A DNA stretch of 64,000 nucleotides, taken from the NCBI GenBank assembly GCA_005888755.1, contig VBBQ01000030.1, positions 68,085-132,084 of the forward strand. The letters run 5' to 3'. This document shows positions 1 to 9,426 of the stretch, piece by piece. The DNA comes from Candidatus Bathyarchaeota archaeon. Lineage in GTDB: Archaea > Thermoproteota > Bathyarchaeia > 40CM-2-53-6. The notes below the pieces were generated by a model, which was not told the origin of the DNA, made no database searches, and saw only the letters and a program-made list of their open reading frames with translations. The position numbers and the translations under genes were made by a program. Each line of letters begins with the position of its first letter. Position 1 is the stretch's first letter.

Positions 1-72
1 TTGAACCAGCGCGCTTTACAATCGTTCTCAATGGGCTAATCGCAGAAATGCCCTCGACGTGCCTGAAGAACC

Positions 73-80
73 TGTATATG
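73..80 (+). promoter_or_regulatory. Candidate archaeal TATA-like box (TGTATATG) upstream of the small ORF at 118
   Basis: A/T-rich octamer about 40 nt upstream of the ATG at 118. An SD-like GAAGGAAAA sits immediately before that start. Confidence 0.3.
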
Positions 81-117
81 CCCCAGATAGATTGAGCGGG
101 AGAAGTTAGAAGGAAAA

Positions 118-357
118 ATGAGCGCCAAGAGTATGAAGACAGCTCTCAAGGGAACCAGTATCGAGGAGAAAGACGCGAAGGAGATTATTTCGGGGGTCCA
201 AGCAATGTACGACAAGGTTCCTGGATTCATCCGGCCCATGCTACCAAGCCTGCCCGACATTCTCAAACGAATCCCTTCGAGCGCCGGAAAATATACTCTC
301 AACGAGATCATCCAGCTTCTAGACTGGGCCTATGAAAGTGGACAATTGAAGAAATAG
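118..357 (+). CDS. Small hypothetical protein (79 aa)
   Basis: Clean ORF with an SD-like sequence before the ATG, lying just upstream of coaBC. No recognisable domain. Confidence 0.4.
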   Translation: MSAKSMKTALKGTSIEEKDAKEIISGVQAMYDKVPGFIRPMLPSLPDILKRIPSSAGKYTLNEIIQLLDWAYESGQLKK

Positions 358-372
358 AGAAGCAGGTCGGAA

Positions 373-1635
373 ATGACCCACCCGTCCAAGGACATCACTG
401 GAACTTCCGGCACACAACTCTCCGGAAAGAAGATCGCACTCCTAGTGTCAAGCAGCGTTGCCGCGTTCAAAGTTCCCGAGATCGCGCGCGAGCTGATGAG
501 ACATGGAGCAGACGTGTATGCAGTGATCTCTCCATCGACCGAGAAGATGATCGGATCCGATCTTCTCGAGTGGGCCACAGGAAATCCAGTAGTCCGGGAG
601 CTTACCGGCAAACTGGAGCATATCGCCCTTGCTGGAAAGAGTTCTGGACACGTTGATCTCGTTCTCATCGCTCCTGCAACCGCTAATACGATCGGGAAGC
701 TTGCAACAGGAATTGACGATACGCCAGTCACGACGGTGGCTGCGACCGCTATCGGTTCAAAGCTGCCCGTTCTTATTGCTCCAGCGATGCACGAGCCATT
801 GTATGATCATCCGATAGCTCAAGAGAACATGGTGCGTCTCAAGAGGATCGGGGTCGAGTTTGTCGAACCGGAGATTGTGGAAGGAAAGGCGAAGATTGCC
901 TCAACGGCCAAGATTGTCCAGGCCGTCATCACGCGCCTCTCTTCTCAGCTCTCATCTCAGAGAAGAGATCTTGAGGGACATAGAGTGCTGGTCACTGCGG
1001 GTCCCACGATCGAACACATTGACCCTGTCAGGGTGATTACTAACCGGTCTTCAGGGAAGATGGGTGTAGCAATCGCTGAGGAAGCATGGTCAAGGGGTGC
1101 TGAGACAACGTTGATTCTGGGACCCGGCTCAGTCACGCCTCCTCCTAGCGTGAAGACTGTCAGGGTTGAAACCACGGACGAGATGCTTGAAGCCACGCTT
1201 CGTGAGTTGAAGAGAGGCAAACATGATCTGGTTTTCGCCGCTGCAGCCCCAAGCGACTATAGGCCATCAACCTCGGCTGGCAGAAAAATAAGCACAAGAA
1301 AGGAGAAGACTGTCGAGCTGGAGCTTGAGGCCACCCCGAAGATAATACGAGAGATTCGCCTTGCAAGCCCAAATTCATTTCTTGTAGCGTTCAAGACGGA
1401 ACACGGCGTATCGAACGAGCAACTTGTGACAGAAGCGTTTGAGATACTCAGTGAGAAAAGCGCGGATCTCGTCGCGGCCAACGATGTCTCGATTGAGGGT
1501 GTGGGGTTTCAGACTGACACCAACGAGCTGTTCGTTGTTGACGAGCGAAAGAAGGTAACACATATCGCGTTGGCACCGAAACGCGATGTTGCGCGGCAGC
1601 TGCTGGACATTGCAGTTAAGAAATTGAAAGGCTAA
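373..1635 (+). CDS. coaBC: Bifunctional phosphopantothenoylcysteine decarboxylase / phosphopantothenate-cysteine ligase (CoaBC/Dfp)
   Basis: 420 aa. The N-terminal flavoprotein domain reads KKIALLVSSSVAAFKVPEIAREL...LIAPATANTIGKLATGIDD. The C-terminal DFP domain reads VLVTAGPTIEHIDPVRVITNRSSGKMG. Confidence 0.9.
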   Translation: MTHPSKDITGTSGTQLSGKKIALLVSSSVAAFKVPEIARELMRHGADVYAVISPSTEKMIGSDLLEWATGNPVVRELTGKLEHIALAGKSSGHVDLVLIAPATANTIGKLATGIDDTPVTTVAATAIGSKLPVLIAPAMHEPLYDHPIAQENMVRLKRIGVEFVEPEIVEGKAKIASTAKIVQAVITRLSSQLSSQRRDLEGHRVLVTAGPTIEHIDPVRVITNRSSGKMGVAIAEEAWSRGAETTLILGPGSVTPPPSVKTVRVETTDEMLEATLRELKRGKHDLVFAAAAPSDYRPSTSAGRKISTRKEKTVELELEATPKIIREIRLASPNSFLVAFKTEHGVSNEQLVTEAFEILSEKSADLVAANDVSIEGVGFQTDTNELFVVDERKKVTHIALAPKRDVARQLLDIAVKKLKG

Positions 1636-1683
1636 GGTCAGAGGTCCTTTCGAACGTCGAAAAGGATTGTTCGAGCAGCAGCG

Positions 1684-2436
1684 GTGCAGACTAGACCTGT
1701 AGCGACCTCAGTCAAAGAAACGATTTTCCGGGCGGTCAAGCAGGCAAAGCAGGCAGCAGAAAGGGAGGCGGACATTATCTGCCTGCCCGAGCACTGGTTG
1801 CCTGAAAAGACGATTCCATCACCCATGAGTCCTATTCCGGGGCTGCAATCGATTGCTGAGGAGTACGGTGTGGTTGTTGTCGGAGGAGCTTTCTATGAAA
1901 AAGCCAAGGGGCGATTATATCTCAATAGCCCAGTCATCGGTCGCGATGGAGAAATCGTCGGACGACAACCGAAAGTCCACCTGTTTCATTTCGAGAAGAA
2001 GATTGCTCATCCAGGAAACGATTACAAGATCTTCCAGTTGGACGGGTTCAAGATCGGGGTTCTCGTTTGTTATGATGTTGACTTTCCAGAGGCTTCTAGA
2101 ATCCTGACGTTTAGAGGCGCGGACTTGTTGATGTGTCCCTCAAGAATTGTGAGACAAGGAATCGAGCCATGGCGTCAATACGTCACGATTCGGTCCCTTG
2201 AGAACCGGATAGCGGTTGTAGCGCCCAACGTCTACTCGCCCCCCATGTTCACCGGATACAGTATGATTGTCAGTCTCAAGGAAGATCCGAAGATGAGGAT
2301 ATCTCACCCGAGGATGCACGTGTTCAAAGAACGGAGAGAGGGAATAGTCATCGAGGATATTGATCTCGCGCTTCACGCTAGACTGCGTAAAGAACGGTTC
2401 GCCGATCGAAGGCCAGAAACATATGTCTGGAATTGA
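1684..2436 (+). CDS. Carbon-nitrogen hydrolase (nitrilase superfamily). The true start is probably upstream, around 1660-1670.
   Basis: The E-K-C triad is present (CLPEHW, RQPKVHLF, VLVCYDVDFPE). The conserved first strand IVRAAAVQ is encoded in frame upstream of the GTG at 1684. No ATG, GTG or TTG occurs between the coaBC stop (1633-1635) and 1684. Confidence 0.85.
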   Translation: MQTRPVATSVKETIFRAVKQAKQAAEREADIICLPEHWLPEKTIPSPMSPIPGLQSIAEEYGVVVVGGAFYEKAKGRLYLNSPVIGRDGEIVGRQPKVHLFHFEKKIAHPGNDYKIFQLDGFKIGVLVCYDVDFPEASRILTFRGADLLMCPSRIVRQGIEPWRQYVTIRSLENRIAVVAPNVYSPPMFTGYSMIVSLKEDPKMRISHPRMHVFKERREGIVIEDIDLALHARLRKERFADRRPETYVWN

Positions 2437-2457
2437 AGGAGACTGACCGAGAGAAGG

Positions 2458-3156
2458 ATTCGCGGAGTCGTCTTCGACCTAGACAACACTCTCATCCAGT
2501 CCAAGAAAGGCGCTCGCCAGGGCCTCCGAACAGTCGCAACCATCTTCGCGAAACGATTGAGGAAAGAAGGATACCACTACGCCGAGGGAAATCTGCTCAG
2601 AAGACTCCGGCTCATCGATTTGGAAATGCACGGCCGAAAATTTCTGTACAATCGGGATGTTTGGTGGGAGACTCTGCTCAAGCAGCTGGGTTTGTCAATG
2701 CTGAAAGCTTCGTGGATTCATGGGACAACTCTCCGATATTGGAAGACGTACGCCGGGGCGAGTCCGATTTTCTCCGACACGATGTCGACTATTCAACGAC
2801 TGAAGAAGGCAGGGTTTAGACTTGGAATGGTCTCCGACTCAGACGGGACGCCGGGAATGAAAATGAAGAGAATCCGGAGACAGCCGTTTCGGAAGTTTCT
2901 TGAGACAATAGTTGTTGCGGGTGAGGATACACGGAATGTGAAGCCGAGCAGGAGACCCTTTACTCTGGTCGCAGAACAACTCGGCTTACAACCAAGGGAC
3001 TGCGTCTACATCGGCGACAACCCAAACACAGACATTCAAGGAGCAAAGGGAGTTGGTATGATGACGATACTTGTGAAACGTCGAGGCCCTAAGGGCGGAC
3101 ATCCAGATTATCTTGCTAGATCGTTGAGTGATGTTGCTAGGCTGCTAATTCGCTGA
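2458..3156 (+). CDS. HAD-superfamily hydrolase. Motif I lies upstream of the first Met, so the start codon is non-canonical or lost.
   Basis: RGVVFDLDNTL (the DxDxT motif I) at 2461-2493 is in the same frame as the track ORF 2557-3156. C-terminal HAD motifs are LGMVSDSDG and YIGDNPNTDIQGAKGVG. There is no ATG, GTG or TTG in frame after the TGA at 2434-2436. Confidence 0.75.
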   Translation: MRGVVFDLDNTLIQSKKGARQGLRTVATIFAKRLRKEGYHYAEGNLLRRLRLIDLEMHGRKFLYNRDVWWETLLKQLGLSMLKASWIHGTTLRYWKTYAGASPIFSDTMSTIQRLKKAGFRLGMVSDSDGTPGMKMKRIRRQPFRKFLETIVVAGEDTRNVKPSRRPFTLVAEQLGLQPRDCVYIGDNPNTDIQGAKGVGMMTILVKRRGPKGGHPDYLARSLSDVARLLIR

Positions 3157-3950
3157 CCTGTTCCGCAACAGACTGGTTTTTGGAAAACTATTCTTTCTGA
3201 ATCACGGCCCATCCGTTCCTTTATGATTCCCGAAAAATCTTCTAGCCTCTCATATCCGATGAATCGTCTGCCAAGATCCATCGCGGCCTTGAGAGTGGTT
3301 CCAGATCCCAGAAAGGGATCCAATACGAGGTCGCCTTCAATGGAAAACATTCGGATCAGTCGTCTTGGAATTTCTTCTGGGAATGCCGCGACGCGCCTTT
3401 CAAGCCCCCAGTGCGTTTGTCTTGTTCCAGTAATGGTCCAGACTTGGGAGAACCATTCGTCTCGTTCTTTCTTGGTGAATTTGCTCCTGTAACGCTTCGG
3501 GTCCTTCGGCTCGAACGTTCTCAGGCTCCCGTTCCGAAAAATCAAGATGTATTCCATGTCCAGGGTCACGTATGCGTTGGGAGGGAGGAAACCTGAGCCT
3601 AGAAACGCTCCCTTTCCCTTGTACCGGGGCTTCGTAGTGGGCTTCTTCCAGAGAATATAGGGCAGGGTGACTAGACTCAGTCTCTCGAAAGTCTCTATTA
3701 CACGCGAATGGTTTGGATAGAGATGGAACACACCGTCCTTTGTCCGTGTTGCGTCCCCTATGTTGACGCAGGCAATTCCTCCGGGAACAAGGACTCTCTT
3801 TACTTCCATCCATGTCTGGTTGAGGTAGCTGTGCATCGCGTCATAGGATTCTGCGGATTCCTTTCGGAAGAAATCGTCCCATATACCAACCATCGGGTAC
3901 GGTGGCGAGGTGACGACTAGATGCACGGAGCTATCGGATAGTTCTTCCAT
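3108..3950 (-). CDS. Beta-class DNA methyltransferase (N4-cytosine or N6-adenine), apparently orphan
   Basis: Motif IV TSPPY lies near the N-terminus and motif I DPFLGSGTT near the C-terminus. That is the circularly permuted beta-class order of DNA_methylase_N4/N6. No restriction endonuclease candidate is adjacent. Confidence 0.85.
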   Translation of the reverse strand: MEELSDSSVHLVVTSPPYPMVGIWDDFFRKESAESYDAMHSYLNQTWMEVKRVLVPGGIACVNIGDATRTKDGVFHLYPNHSRVIETFERLSLVTLPYILWKKPTTKPRYKGKGAFLGSGFLPPNAYVTLDMEYILIFRNGSLRTFEPKDPKRYRSKFTKKERDEWFSQVWTITGTRQTHWGLERRVAAFPEEIPRRLIRMFSIEGDLVLDPFLGSGTTLKAAMDLGRRFIGYERLEDFSGIIKERMGRDSERIVFQKPVCCGTGQRISSLATSLNDLAR

Positions 3951-4008
3951 GCGACGACTGTCACCGATGATAACCCGGTAATCGGCGTTCGCCGCAGGCA
4001 GTTCTCAG

Positions 4009-4752
4009 TCACCCGATATATTCAGAACTACCAGAAGATTCTGAGTCTTTGTCGCCGCTCTGTTTGAGTGCGGTCTCGATCTCTTTCGCTTGTCCTTCCA
4101 GCTCTGTCATGTCGATCTGTAGTCCCAGCTTCTTTACGAGGACGCGAAGGATTACCATCGCTGCGCGAGGGTCGATCATGAACCCGGAGGTTTCCCCGGA
4201 GAGAAATAGGCCTTTGAGGTTTCGGACTTTTGCGAGTCCTGGGATAAGTCCGTTCATCCAAGTGACGGCACCACTGTCGATGATCTTCACACCTAGCTCT
4301 TCAAGCTCTTTGACGAGAACTAGTTCGCTGGCTGCTCCATAGACTTGTGGATGTTCAGCGATCTTGCCGGTGATGAAGGCGCCGACTGTTACGACTGTTT
4401 CGACTCCGAGCTTCTCGGCGAGTTTCACGACAGCTTCTGAGAGACGGAAGGCTCCCTCGGGTAGGATTGGTTGCGCGTCCCCGGTGTATAGGACGAGGTC
4501 GGGGCCGGAGTCTCTGTTGATCCAATAGAATATTTCATGTTTCATCAGGTCAGAGGTTCCGTCTGGCTTGAGGAGCAGGCGAGGCGGGAGATAGTCTGAG
4601 TAGAGATAGCCCAAGGGGATTGCTTTGAGAGCCTTAATCAACTGGTCGAGAACGATCTTGGCCACTCTTCCGCTGTCGGGAAGGCCGGCTATCAGGACCG
4701 GAGTCTTTAACGTCGGAGCCTCGTTGAGATGAAAATCGATACGTTCTCTCAA
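4009..4752 (-). CDS. PAC2-family (proteasome assembly chaperone-like, COG1938) protein
   Basis: 247 aa with VLIAGLPDSGRVAKIVLDQL near the N-terminus. Its size and pattern fit the archaeal PAC2 family. Assigned from memory of the family, without a search. Confidence 0.5.
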   Translation of the reverse strand: MRERIDFHLNEAPTLKTPVLIAGLPDSGRVAKIVLDQLIKALKAIPLGYLYSDYLPPRLLLKPDGTSDLMKHEIFYWINRDSGPDLVLYTGDAQPILPEGAFRLSEAVVKLAEKLGVETVVTVGAFITGKIAEHPQVYGAASELVLVKELEELGVKIIDSGAVTWMNGLIPGLAKVRNLKGLFLSGETSGFMIDPRAAMVILRVLVKKLGLQIDMTELEGQAKEIETALKQSGDKDSESSGSSEYIG

Positions 4753-4875
4753 GATCAGATCAAGTCTTTCGAAGCTAGCTCCCGCGGAATCTGCCTGAAT
4801 CGGGGCTGATAGACATTCCCATGTTAGCCTCTCTACTGATTTGAGTGAAAAGAGTCTCTACTTTCTCTCCGTAGA

Positions 4876-5175
4876 ATGTTTATATTCGACGAACCCGGAG
4901 CTGACCCTCTCCGCTCTTTAGGTGTCCAATTGGCAAAATTCATGCTGTCACTCCGCGATGAAAGTTTCGAACTCCTACAAACAGAAGCAAAAGACCGAGG
5001 CATATCGATCCAGGAATTGATCAGGGCCGTGATCATCCCTGACTGGGTTAAACTAAACAACGCGACCAAGCCCCCTTTCGATAACGGGATCAACGGGCTT
5101 CGAGCATACAGATCCACGGCTCCCGTGCGCGATCAAGAACAAATGTTCCAGCCTGCAATGAGCAGGATACGATGA
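4876..5175 (+). CDS. Small ribbon-helix-helix (CopG-like) protein. The real start may be the ATG at 4942.
   Basis: RGISIQELIRAVII resembles the RHH helix A. The TATA-like TTTATATT at 4879-4886 would lie inside the longer ORF, which favours the downstream ATG at 4942. Confidence 0.4.
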   Translation: MFIFDEPGADPLRSLGVQLAKFMLSLRDESFELLQTEAKDRGISIQELIRAVIIPDWVKLNNATKPPFDNGINGLRAYRSTAPVRDQEQMFQPAMSRIR

Positions 5176-5198
5176 CACACGCGATCACGCCTCTCTTT

Positions 5199-5207
5199 TT
5201 TTTTCGT
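5199..5207 (+). terminator. T9 tract, candidate archaeal intrinsic terminator after the RHH gene
   Basis: CTCTCTTTTTTTTTCG begins 24 nt after the stop at 5175. Confidence 0.3.
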
Positions 5208-5631
5208 TCGATCCCCAGAATCATTTTCCCGATCCCACCTAGGATCCTGGCCCTCCTTAGACTACGTTCCCTTTTGGGACGTCGTTCTCTATCCTGATGA
5301 TATCTGCACGATCAGTTTTTCCAGATTCAAGTGGTGATATCGGCGATGAATGATCAATATGGTGAGGCAGTTTTCACAGACAGTTGCCGAGTATCCGGCG
5401 GTTTCGATCCGAACCAGGCTATCAGCGGGGACATGCTCTCTCCTAAACGCACAGGTCGCAAGCATCAGCTATCTCAGCTTTAGCAGGACTTCTTGTTGGC
5501 ACCACCATGTCCTTAAGCATTCAAGCGTCCTAGTCGCCCCATTCTCACTACTCGAGGCAGTGAAGGCTGTTCCCAGCAACAAACTCCACAACTCTTATGG
5601 AGTATCATTGATAGTCCAACAGGGAAGCGCA

Positions 5632-5832
5632 ATGGGAATAGTCTCTGACATCGAGAAGACCTTGCAGATTCCCCGACTAGGGACCGCCTTACTGGCTATC
5701 CTCCTCGGTGCCTTGCTTCTAATGATTCCTTGGTTATTGAACTACCTAATCGCGGTAGGCCTAATCATTTGGGGAATCTCGGAGGCAGTAAAGGCGAGCA
5801 ACACTTCAAAAAGTTCTACCCCGACGAAGTAG
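5632..5832 (+). CDS. Small membrane protein (66 aa, two predicted TM helices)
   Basis: The ATG at 5632 is preceded by AGGGAAG. The product is hydrophobic (LGTALLAILLGALLLMIPWLLNYLIAVGLIIWGI). The track ORF starts at 5350, but its first 94 codons look non-coding (low complexity). Confidence 0.4.
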   Translation: MGIVSDIEKTLQIPRLGTALLAILLGALLLMIPWLLNYLIAVGLIIWGISEAVKASNTSKSSTPTK

Positions 5833-5868
5833 GTCTCAATAGCCAGAGTATGACTCTAGGAACCGTTC

Positions 5869-6312
5869 GTGCATCCGGCCATTAGAAGATACGAAAAGAA
5901 TGATGAGACCGCCGTTCTCCAGCTCGCAGAAATATGCTCATGGGACTCCACCCCAACCGAAGCTGACATTCAAGGCTTCCACTCGTCCGAGCCTGACTTC
6001 TTCCTAGTAGCAGAGCTCAACCAAAAAATAATCGGTTTTGTCTACGGCCGTGAATCAAAGAACGTTCCCAATGAAGTCCTGAGGAAATGGAAGGCAACAA
6101 GAGTCGGATCCGTCGAGGTATTGGCAGTCGAGGAAAAGTACAGACGGAGAGGAATCGGAACCCAGCTTCTGAAGAGCCTCTTTCAAGCCTTCACCGAGAG
6201 GGGAATCGACACGGTCACACTGTCAACACCAGCTGAGGAGATTGCGGCAAAAAGACTGTATGACAAATTGGGATTCGAGACTAGAGGCTATTTCTTGAAG
6301 AAGAAACTCTAG
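5869..6312 (+). CDS. GNAT family N-acetyltransferase
   Basis: Motif A RRRGIGTQLL and the C-terminal RLYDKLGFE are present. Confidence 0.85.
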   Translation: MHPAIRRYEKNDETAVLQLAEICSWDSTPTEADIQGFHSSEPDFFLVAELNQKIIGFVYGRESKNVPNEVLRKWKATRVGSVEVLAVEEKYRRRGIGTQLLKSLFQAFTERGIDTVTLSTPAEEIAAKRLYDKLGFETRGYFLKKKL

Positions 6313-6333
6313 CGGAATTGAGAGAACAGGCAG

Positions 6334-6774
6334 CTAGACTATTTTGCTCGCGACTCGATTCTTCTTCGCATCCTCATAGTTCGAGACTTCTATCAGGTTC
6401 AGATCAGGGTCCCGGAAGTACACGGACATGATCTGGCCGAGCGCACCAGTTCTCTTGACAGGGCCCTCTAGTATCCTGACTTTCGATAATTGGAGACGGT
6501 TTACAATCTTATCGATAGGGGTGGTCGTGGTGAAGCATAGGTCGGCTGAGCCCGGGGTAGCTCTGTAGGCTTTTGGTTCGAGCTCCTTGCCCGCCTCGTG
6601 GAGGTTGATCTTTTGGGATCCAAAAGACAGCGCTTTGCGGCCGTTCTCGAAGGTGACGACTTCCATCCCGAGGACGCTTGAGTAGAATGTGCATGTTGTC
6701 TCGATGTTTCTGACTGTCAGGACGAGATGGTCGAGCCGATCCAGTTTCATAGGAGTTGCCTGCGATCTAGTCAT
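6334..6774 (-). CDS. VOC (glyoxalase/bleomycin-resistance/dioxygenase) family protein
   Basis: [26 protein letters not shown] ... LNLIEV are glyoxalase-I-like beta-alpha-beta-beta-beta modules. Confidence 0.8.
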   Translation of the reverse strand: MTRSQATPMKLDRLDHLVLTVRNIETTCTFYSSVLGMEVVTFENGRKALSFGSQKINLHEAGKELEPKAYRATPGSADLCFTTTTPIDKIVNRLQLSKVRILEGPVKRTGALGQIMSVYFRDPDLNLIEVSNYEDAKKNRVASKIV

Positions 6775-6841
6775 GTCTGTTGTATAGAAAAAGGAGGGTT
6801 GAGCGAAGCGTTGGCTTCGCCCGTAGAGGTTAGTGTTGAGG

Positions 6842-7402
6842 CTAGTTTTGTACGACTTGGGCTTCTTCTGTCCGGCCGGGGTGCTCGTTTTGAGTGAACA
6901 TTGCCATGGCCTGTTTCTGTTTCTCGTCTTTCTCTTTCTTGCTCATGTTGACTTGCTGAGATACAGACCAGTGGTGTCCGTACGGGTCGGTTAGTTGGCC
7001 GTAGCGTTCGCCCCAGAACTGGTTGTCCAATGGCATTGTGACCTTGGCGCCTGCGTCGACGGCTTGCTGCCAGATCTTCTCGATATTGCTGGTGTAGATG
7101 TGGAGTGTGACGGGGCTGTTGCCGAGCATGTCAGGGGATTGAGGGCCGCCGCCCGGGAAGGTGTCGGATAGCATTACTATCGAGTCGCCGATTCTGATGC
7201 GCGCGTTCATGATTTTTCCGTCTGGGATGGCATCTCGTGCCAGTTCTCTTGCGCCGAAGGCTTTCTTGTACCAGTCTATGGCGGCAGCTGCACCATTGAT
7301 CGTGAGGTATGGTGTTACTGTATGGAATCCTGGTGGGATGGGGGCTTTCTTGGGCTTCGCAGTTTTCTTTGCTTTTGCCTTTTTGGATTTGGATTTAGGC
7401 AT
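6842..7402 (-). CDS. VOC/PhnB-like protein with a Lys-rich N-terminal tail
   Basis: [20 protein letters not shown] matches the PhnB/VOC family. The N-terminus is [17 protein letters not shown]. Confidence 0.8.
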   Translation of the reverse strand: MPKSKSKKAKAKKTAKPKKAPIPPGFHTVTPYLTINGAAAAIDWYKKAFGARELARDAIPDGKIMNARIRIGDSIVMLSDTFPGGGPQSPDMLGNSPVTLHIYTSNIEKIWQQAVDAGAKVTMPLDNQFWGERYGQLTDPYGHHWSVSQQVNMSKKEKDEKQKQAMAMFTQNEHPGRTEEAQVVQN

Positions 7403-8242
7403 GGTCGGGGCTAGTGAACCCGTGGACTAAAACCTTGCTAGGGGTTTTGGGAGGACAGCTGAATTCCTACGAGATAACAACGCCGAATGTGTCTCGTGTC
7501 GTTGCTCGATGAGAGTAAGATAACCGCTCCTATGGACTGTCTGCTATTTTGGGCCTTGACCGGTTTGAAGCGGTTTTGCGCCTCTAGCGCAAGACAGTAC
7601 TGGATGAAACCTGTTAAATGGAATGGTATCGTTTCTTCTTGGTTGATCCTTCTAACATGAGAGAATGCTATGTTTCGAATACTTGCTTAACCTAGATAGT
7701 GCCGAGAAGTACATCACAATTAGGGGGGAATTTCTGCCGTTTTTTTTGGCGGAGTGCTGACCCTATCAGGAGACATTCGAACGTGATTGATATGGGTATC
7801 TTTTGATGTAGAAAGGGTTCCTGTTGAAGGGCAACGCTTAACGGACGCCAAGCCCTATAGCCGCATGCGTTTCAGTTATGGGCGAGGAAGATCCTTCAAT
7901 CCCGACTCCCTTAGGGGAACCTACAAGACTGAATACCTCCGATGGACAGGGACGTAGGGATGTCCACAAGCTACCAGAAGTTGTTCATGGTAGAATGTTA
8001 TGCGTGGCTCATGGCCGGATGTGTTATCGAAGAATATCGAGGGTTGGCCTGGGCGAATGGGTTTGCCCCGACGAACGGCATGGGACGCCGATCAAGAGCT
8101 CTTGAAACGACGCCTCTCCAGGGCTACGAGACAAGAAGCGAGTAAACGTTCCAGCGAATACGGGTCTCGGAGACTACAATCTCACCATTGATGTCTTGTC
8201 GTGGCAATATCTAGATACTCAAGCTCAAACATGGATTTCTCT

Positions 8243-8404
8243 TCAGTCGGCGAGCTTGAGGGAGACCTTGGTCTTGACTAACAATCCGATTCCATCAACC
8301 AATCCTCGCTCTAACCCTTCCAGCTCTGGCCAAAGTCCCTCCACATCGACCAACAAGACGATGAGGTCGTCTGTCTCTTTACTCGGAGTAATTAGTTCGG
8401 TCAT
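8243..8404 (-). CDS. Candidate small ORF (53 aa) inside the otherwise gene-free 7.4-8.66 kb region
   Basis: Hand translation gives MTELITPSKETDDLIVLLVDVEGLWPELEGLERGLVDGIGLLVKTKVSLKLAD. It is protein-like and not low-complexity. It falls below the 60-aa track threshold and has no support beyond composition. Confidence 0.2.
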   Translation of the reverse strand: MTELITPSKETDDLIVLLVDVEGLWPELEGLERGLVDGIGLLVKTKVSLKLAD

Positions 8405-8664
8405 TATACCCGTCGTCGTTGCAGGATACGCGGCGCTCGGGGCTTCTAGCCGTTCTATTGTTCGTCAGCCAAGACAGGAAGCGATCGACTAATGGCTCCA
8501 TTCCTTCATTGAGATTTTGCCATGGTTGCGGCAGAGAACAGATCCTCGGGTCTTTGACCTGCCCTAGCTGCGGCCTATCTGCTGATCCAACAAAAAGTCC
8601 AGAAAGTCGGGAATCAGTGACATCAGGTCCAAGCCAACTCGCGGCATGAGTCTCCCACGGTCGC

Positions 8665-9426
8665 TCATGTGCGGAGTGTTGCGACCGCTTCTAGCACAAC
8701 CTCCTCTGCTTTCTTCAAGGCTTCGGCTAGCTCTGGTCGGTCAACGGCTGGCCTCCAGTCTCTCCATAGCTCATCGCTCACTACCAAGAAATTGCAGACC
8801 TCTACATTCCGATACACTCCTAGCGCGTACATTGCAGAGGTTTCCATGTCCACGCCTAGGATGTCTCGTAGACGATAGTTCTCGATCGTGGTAACCATCT
8901 CCCTGTACGGCGCGTCGGTAGTCCATAGTGGACCCGTGTATGCTACCAATCCTTTTTTGACACGTGCTTTCTCAAGTGCCCGGACCAGTCGCTGGGCTGG
9001 ACGAATCCCCTCATCGCTCGATAAATAATGAGGCGATGTCCCCTCTTCTCTAATACATGAGGTCGGAATGAAACAGGTTCCTACTGGCGCTTCAGGCTGA
9101 ATGCTGCCGGTTAGCCCCAGTCCCAAGAAGACCCTTGTTCCACAAGCGATCAACTCCTCCATGACCATGACAGTTGCGGGCGCACCCAATGGAAGATTAA
9201 CGAAAGAAACCTTCTTTCCACCAATCTCACCATTATACAATGGAAATCGTGGTCCCCACCACCACGACGGCGAGGACACAGCACGGACTGTCCCGGCTAG
9301 AGACCTGACAGTACCAAGGTCCCAGGAGCCAACAACGGTCGGAGCTATTCCGACTTGCTCGACAGAGACTCCCCGCTGGGAAGCCCAGAACTCCGCAGCC
9401 ATGTCAGCTGAGAGGTGTTCGCTCAT
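8665..9426 (-). CDS. Nucleoside phosphorylase, PNP/UDP family 1 (MTA/purine/uridine phosphorylase-like)
   Basis: The hallmark GVDMETSA motif is present, and the fold pattern fits PNP_UDP_1. Confidence 0.8.
   Translation of the reverse strand: MSEHLSADMAAEFWASQRGVSVEQVGIAPTVVGSWDLGTVRSLAGTVRAVSSPSWWWGPRFPLYNGEIGGKKVSFVNLPLGAPATVMVMEELIACGTRVFLGLGLTGSIQPEAPVGTCFIPTSCIREEGTSPHYLSSDEGIRPAQRLVRALEKARVKKGLVAYTGPLWTTDAPYREMVTTIENYRLRDILGVDMETSAMYALGVYRNVEVCNFLVVSDELWRDWRPAVDRPELAEALKKAEEVVLEAVATLRT

Noticed and set aside
330-731. A 133-aa minus-strand ORF antisense to the coaBC 5' end. The same kind of ORF occurs at 448-651, 957-1563 (minus), 20814-21508 (minus), 23348-23809 (minus), 24444-24727 (minus) and 25750-26830 (minus).
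   Set aside because: All lie antisense within well-supported long genes (coaBC, purL, purF, purD), are R/S/P-rich, and have no motifs. They are the typical shadow ORFs of GC-rich DNA.
5350-5631. The N-terminal 94 codons of track ORF 5350-5832.
   Set aside because: Ser/Leu-rich non-protein-like composition. A better start (an ATG with an AGGGAAG spacer) is at 5632, giving a coherent 66-aa 2-TM protein.
8196-8492. A 98-aa plus-strand ORF (P/S/T-rich). Overlapping ORFs at 7878-8191 were considered with it.
   Set aside because: Low-complexity composition. Three mutually overlapping frames are open across the same span, which is typical of non-coding GC-rich sequence. There is no start context.
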